The notes below the pieces were generated by a model that worked only from the letters and a program-made list of their open reading frames with translations, was not told the origin of the DNA and searched no databases. A stretch of DNA of 64,000 bases. Source: Torpedo marmorata. Taxonomy: Eukaryota. Of this stretch, positions 63,743-64,000 are shown in pieces. Each line of letters starts with the position of its first letter. Within the stretch, counting starts at the first letter, position 1. A program made the translations under genes and the position numbers. The DNA is taken from positions 33,852,001 to 33,916,000 of the forward strand of contig OZ360249.1 in assembly GCA_977017645.1 (NCBI GenBank), given 5' to 3'.

Positions 63743-64000
63743 TCAACTTCCCTTGAAAGAAGCTAAACCTGCATGAGATTTCCTTAATGTATTCTCCAAT
63801 TTCAGGAGGAGGTCACAACTAGTTTCTCACTACATCGACGAATAGGCAACAACTGCCAGCCTTGGCAGCATTGCCTGCATCTCATGCATAAATAGAAAGT
63901 ACTGCTGAATCCCAATGGCAAAAACTCTCATGTAATGGATCTGGTGATGGTGCATCATTTCCTGATTCTCTGCTGAAATACTAGTCTGGACTCTAATTTA

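Overview
This is AT-rich eukaryotic DNA from a vertebrate. The repeat inventory (V-SINE/HE1-type tRNA SINEs, Deu-domain SINEs, CR1, Rex1/Babar, fish-type L1, Penelope-like elements) points to a cartilaginous fish, probably a ray; that assignment is inference. I found no host protein-coding exon. Every ORF with recognisable protein content is a transposon remnant (L1 ORF2 C-termini, Penelope RT plus GIY-YIG, Rex1 RT, CR1, RTE, Harbinger transposase). Three repeat-poor blocks (about 16.7-17.8, 28.5-30.4 and 41.3-44 kb) look like regulatory sequence of a gene desert or large intron. There are two assembly gaps. The strongest signal is a Penelope-like system whose terminal repeats carry a minimal hammerhead ribozyme with a family-fixed non-canonical core (UUGAUGA). 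It occurs as a fold-back RT/EN insertion, as inverted pLTR doublets and as a 108-bp solo unit, several with 9-14 bp target-site duplications. Also notable are a LINE tail with an inverted target duplication, a MER44/Tigger7-like MITE, a Chapaev3-like element, a composite hAT MITE and a twin-primed L1. All family names come from motif recognition by eye, not database searches, and boundaries without a TSD or TIR are approximate.
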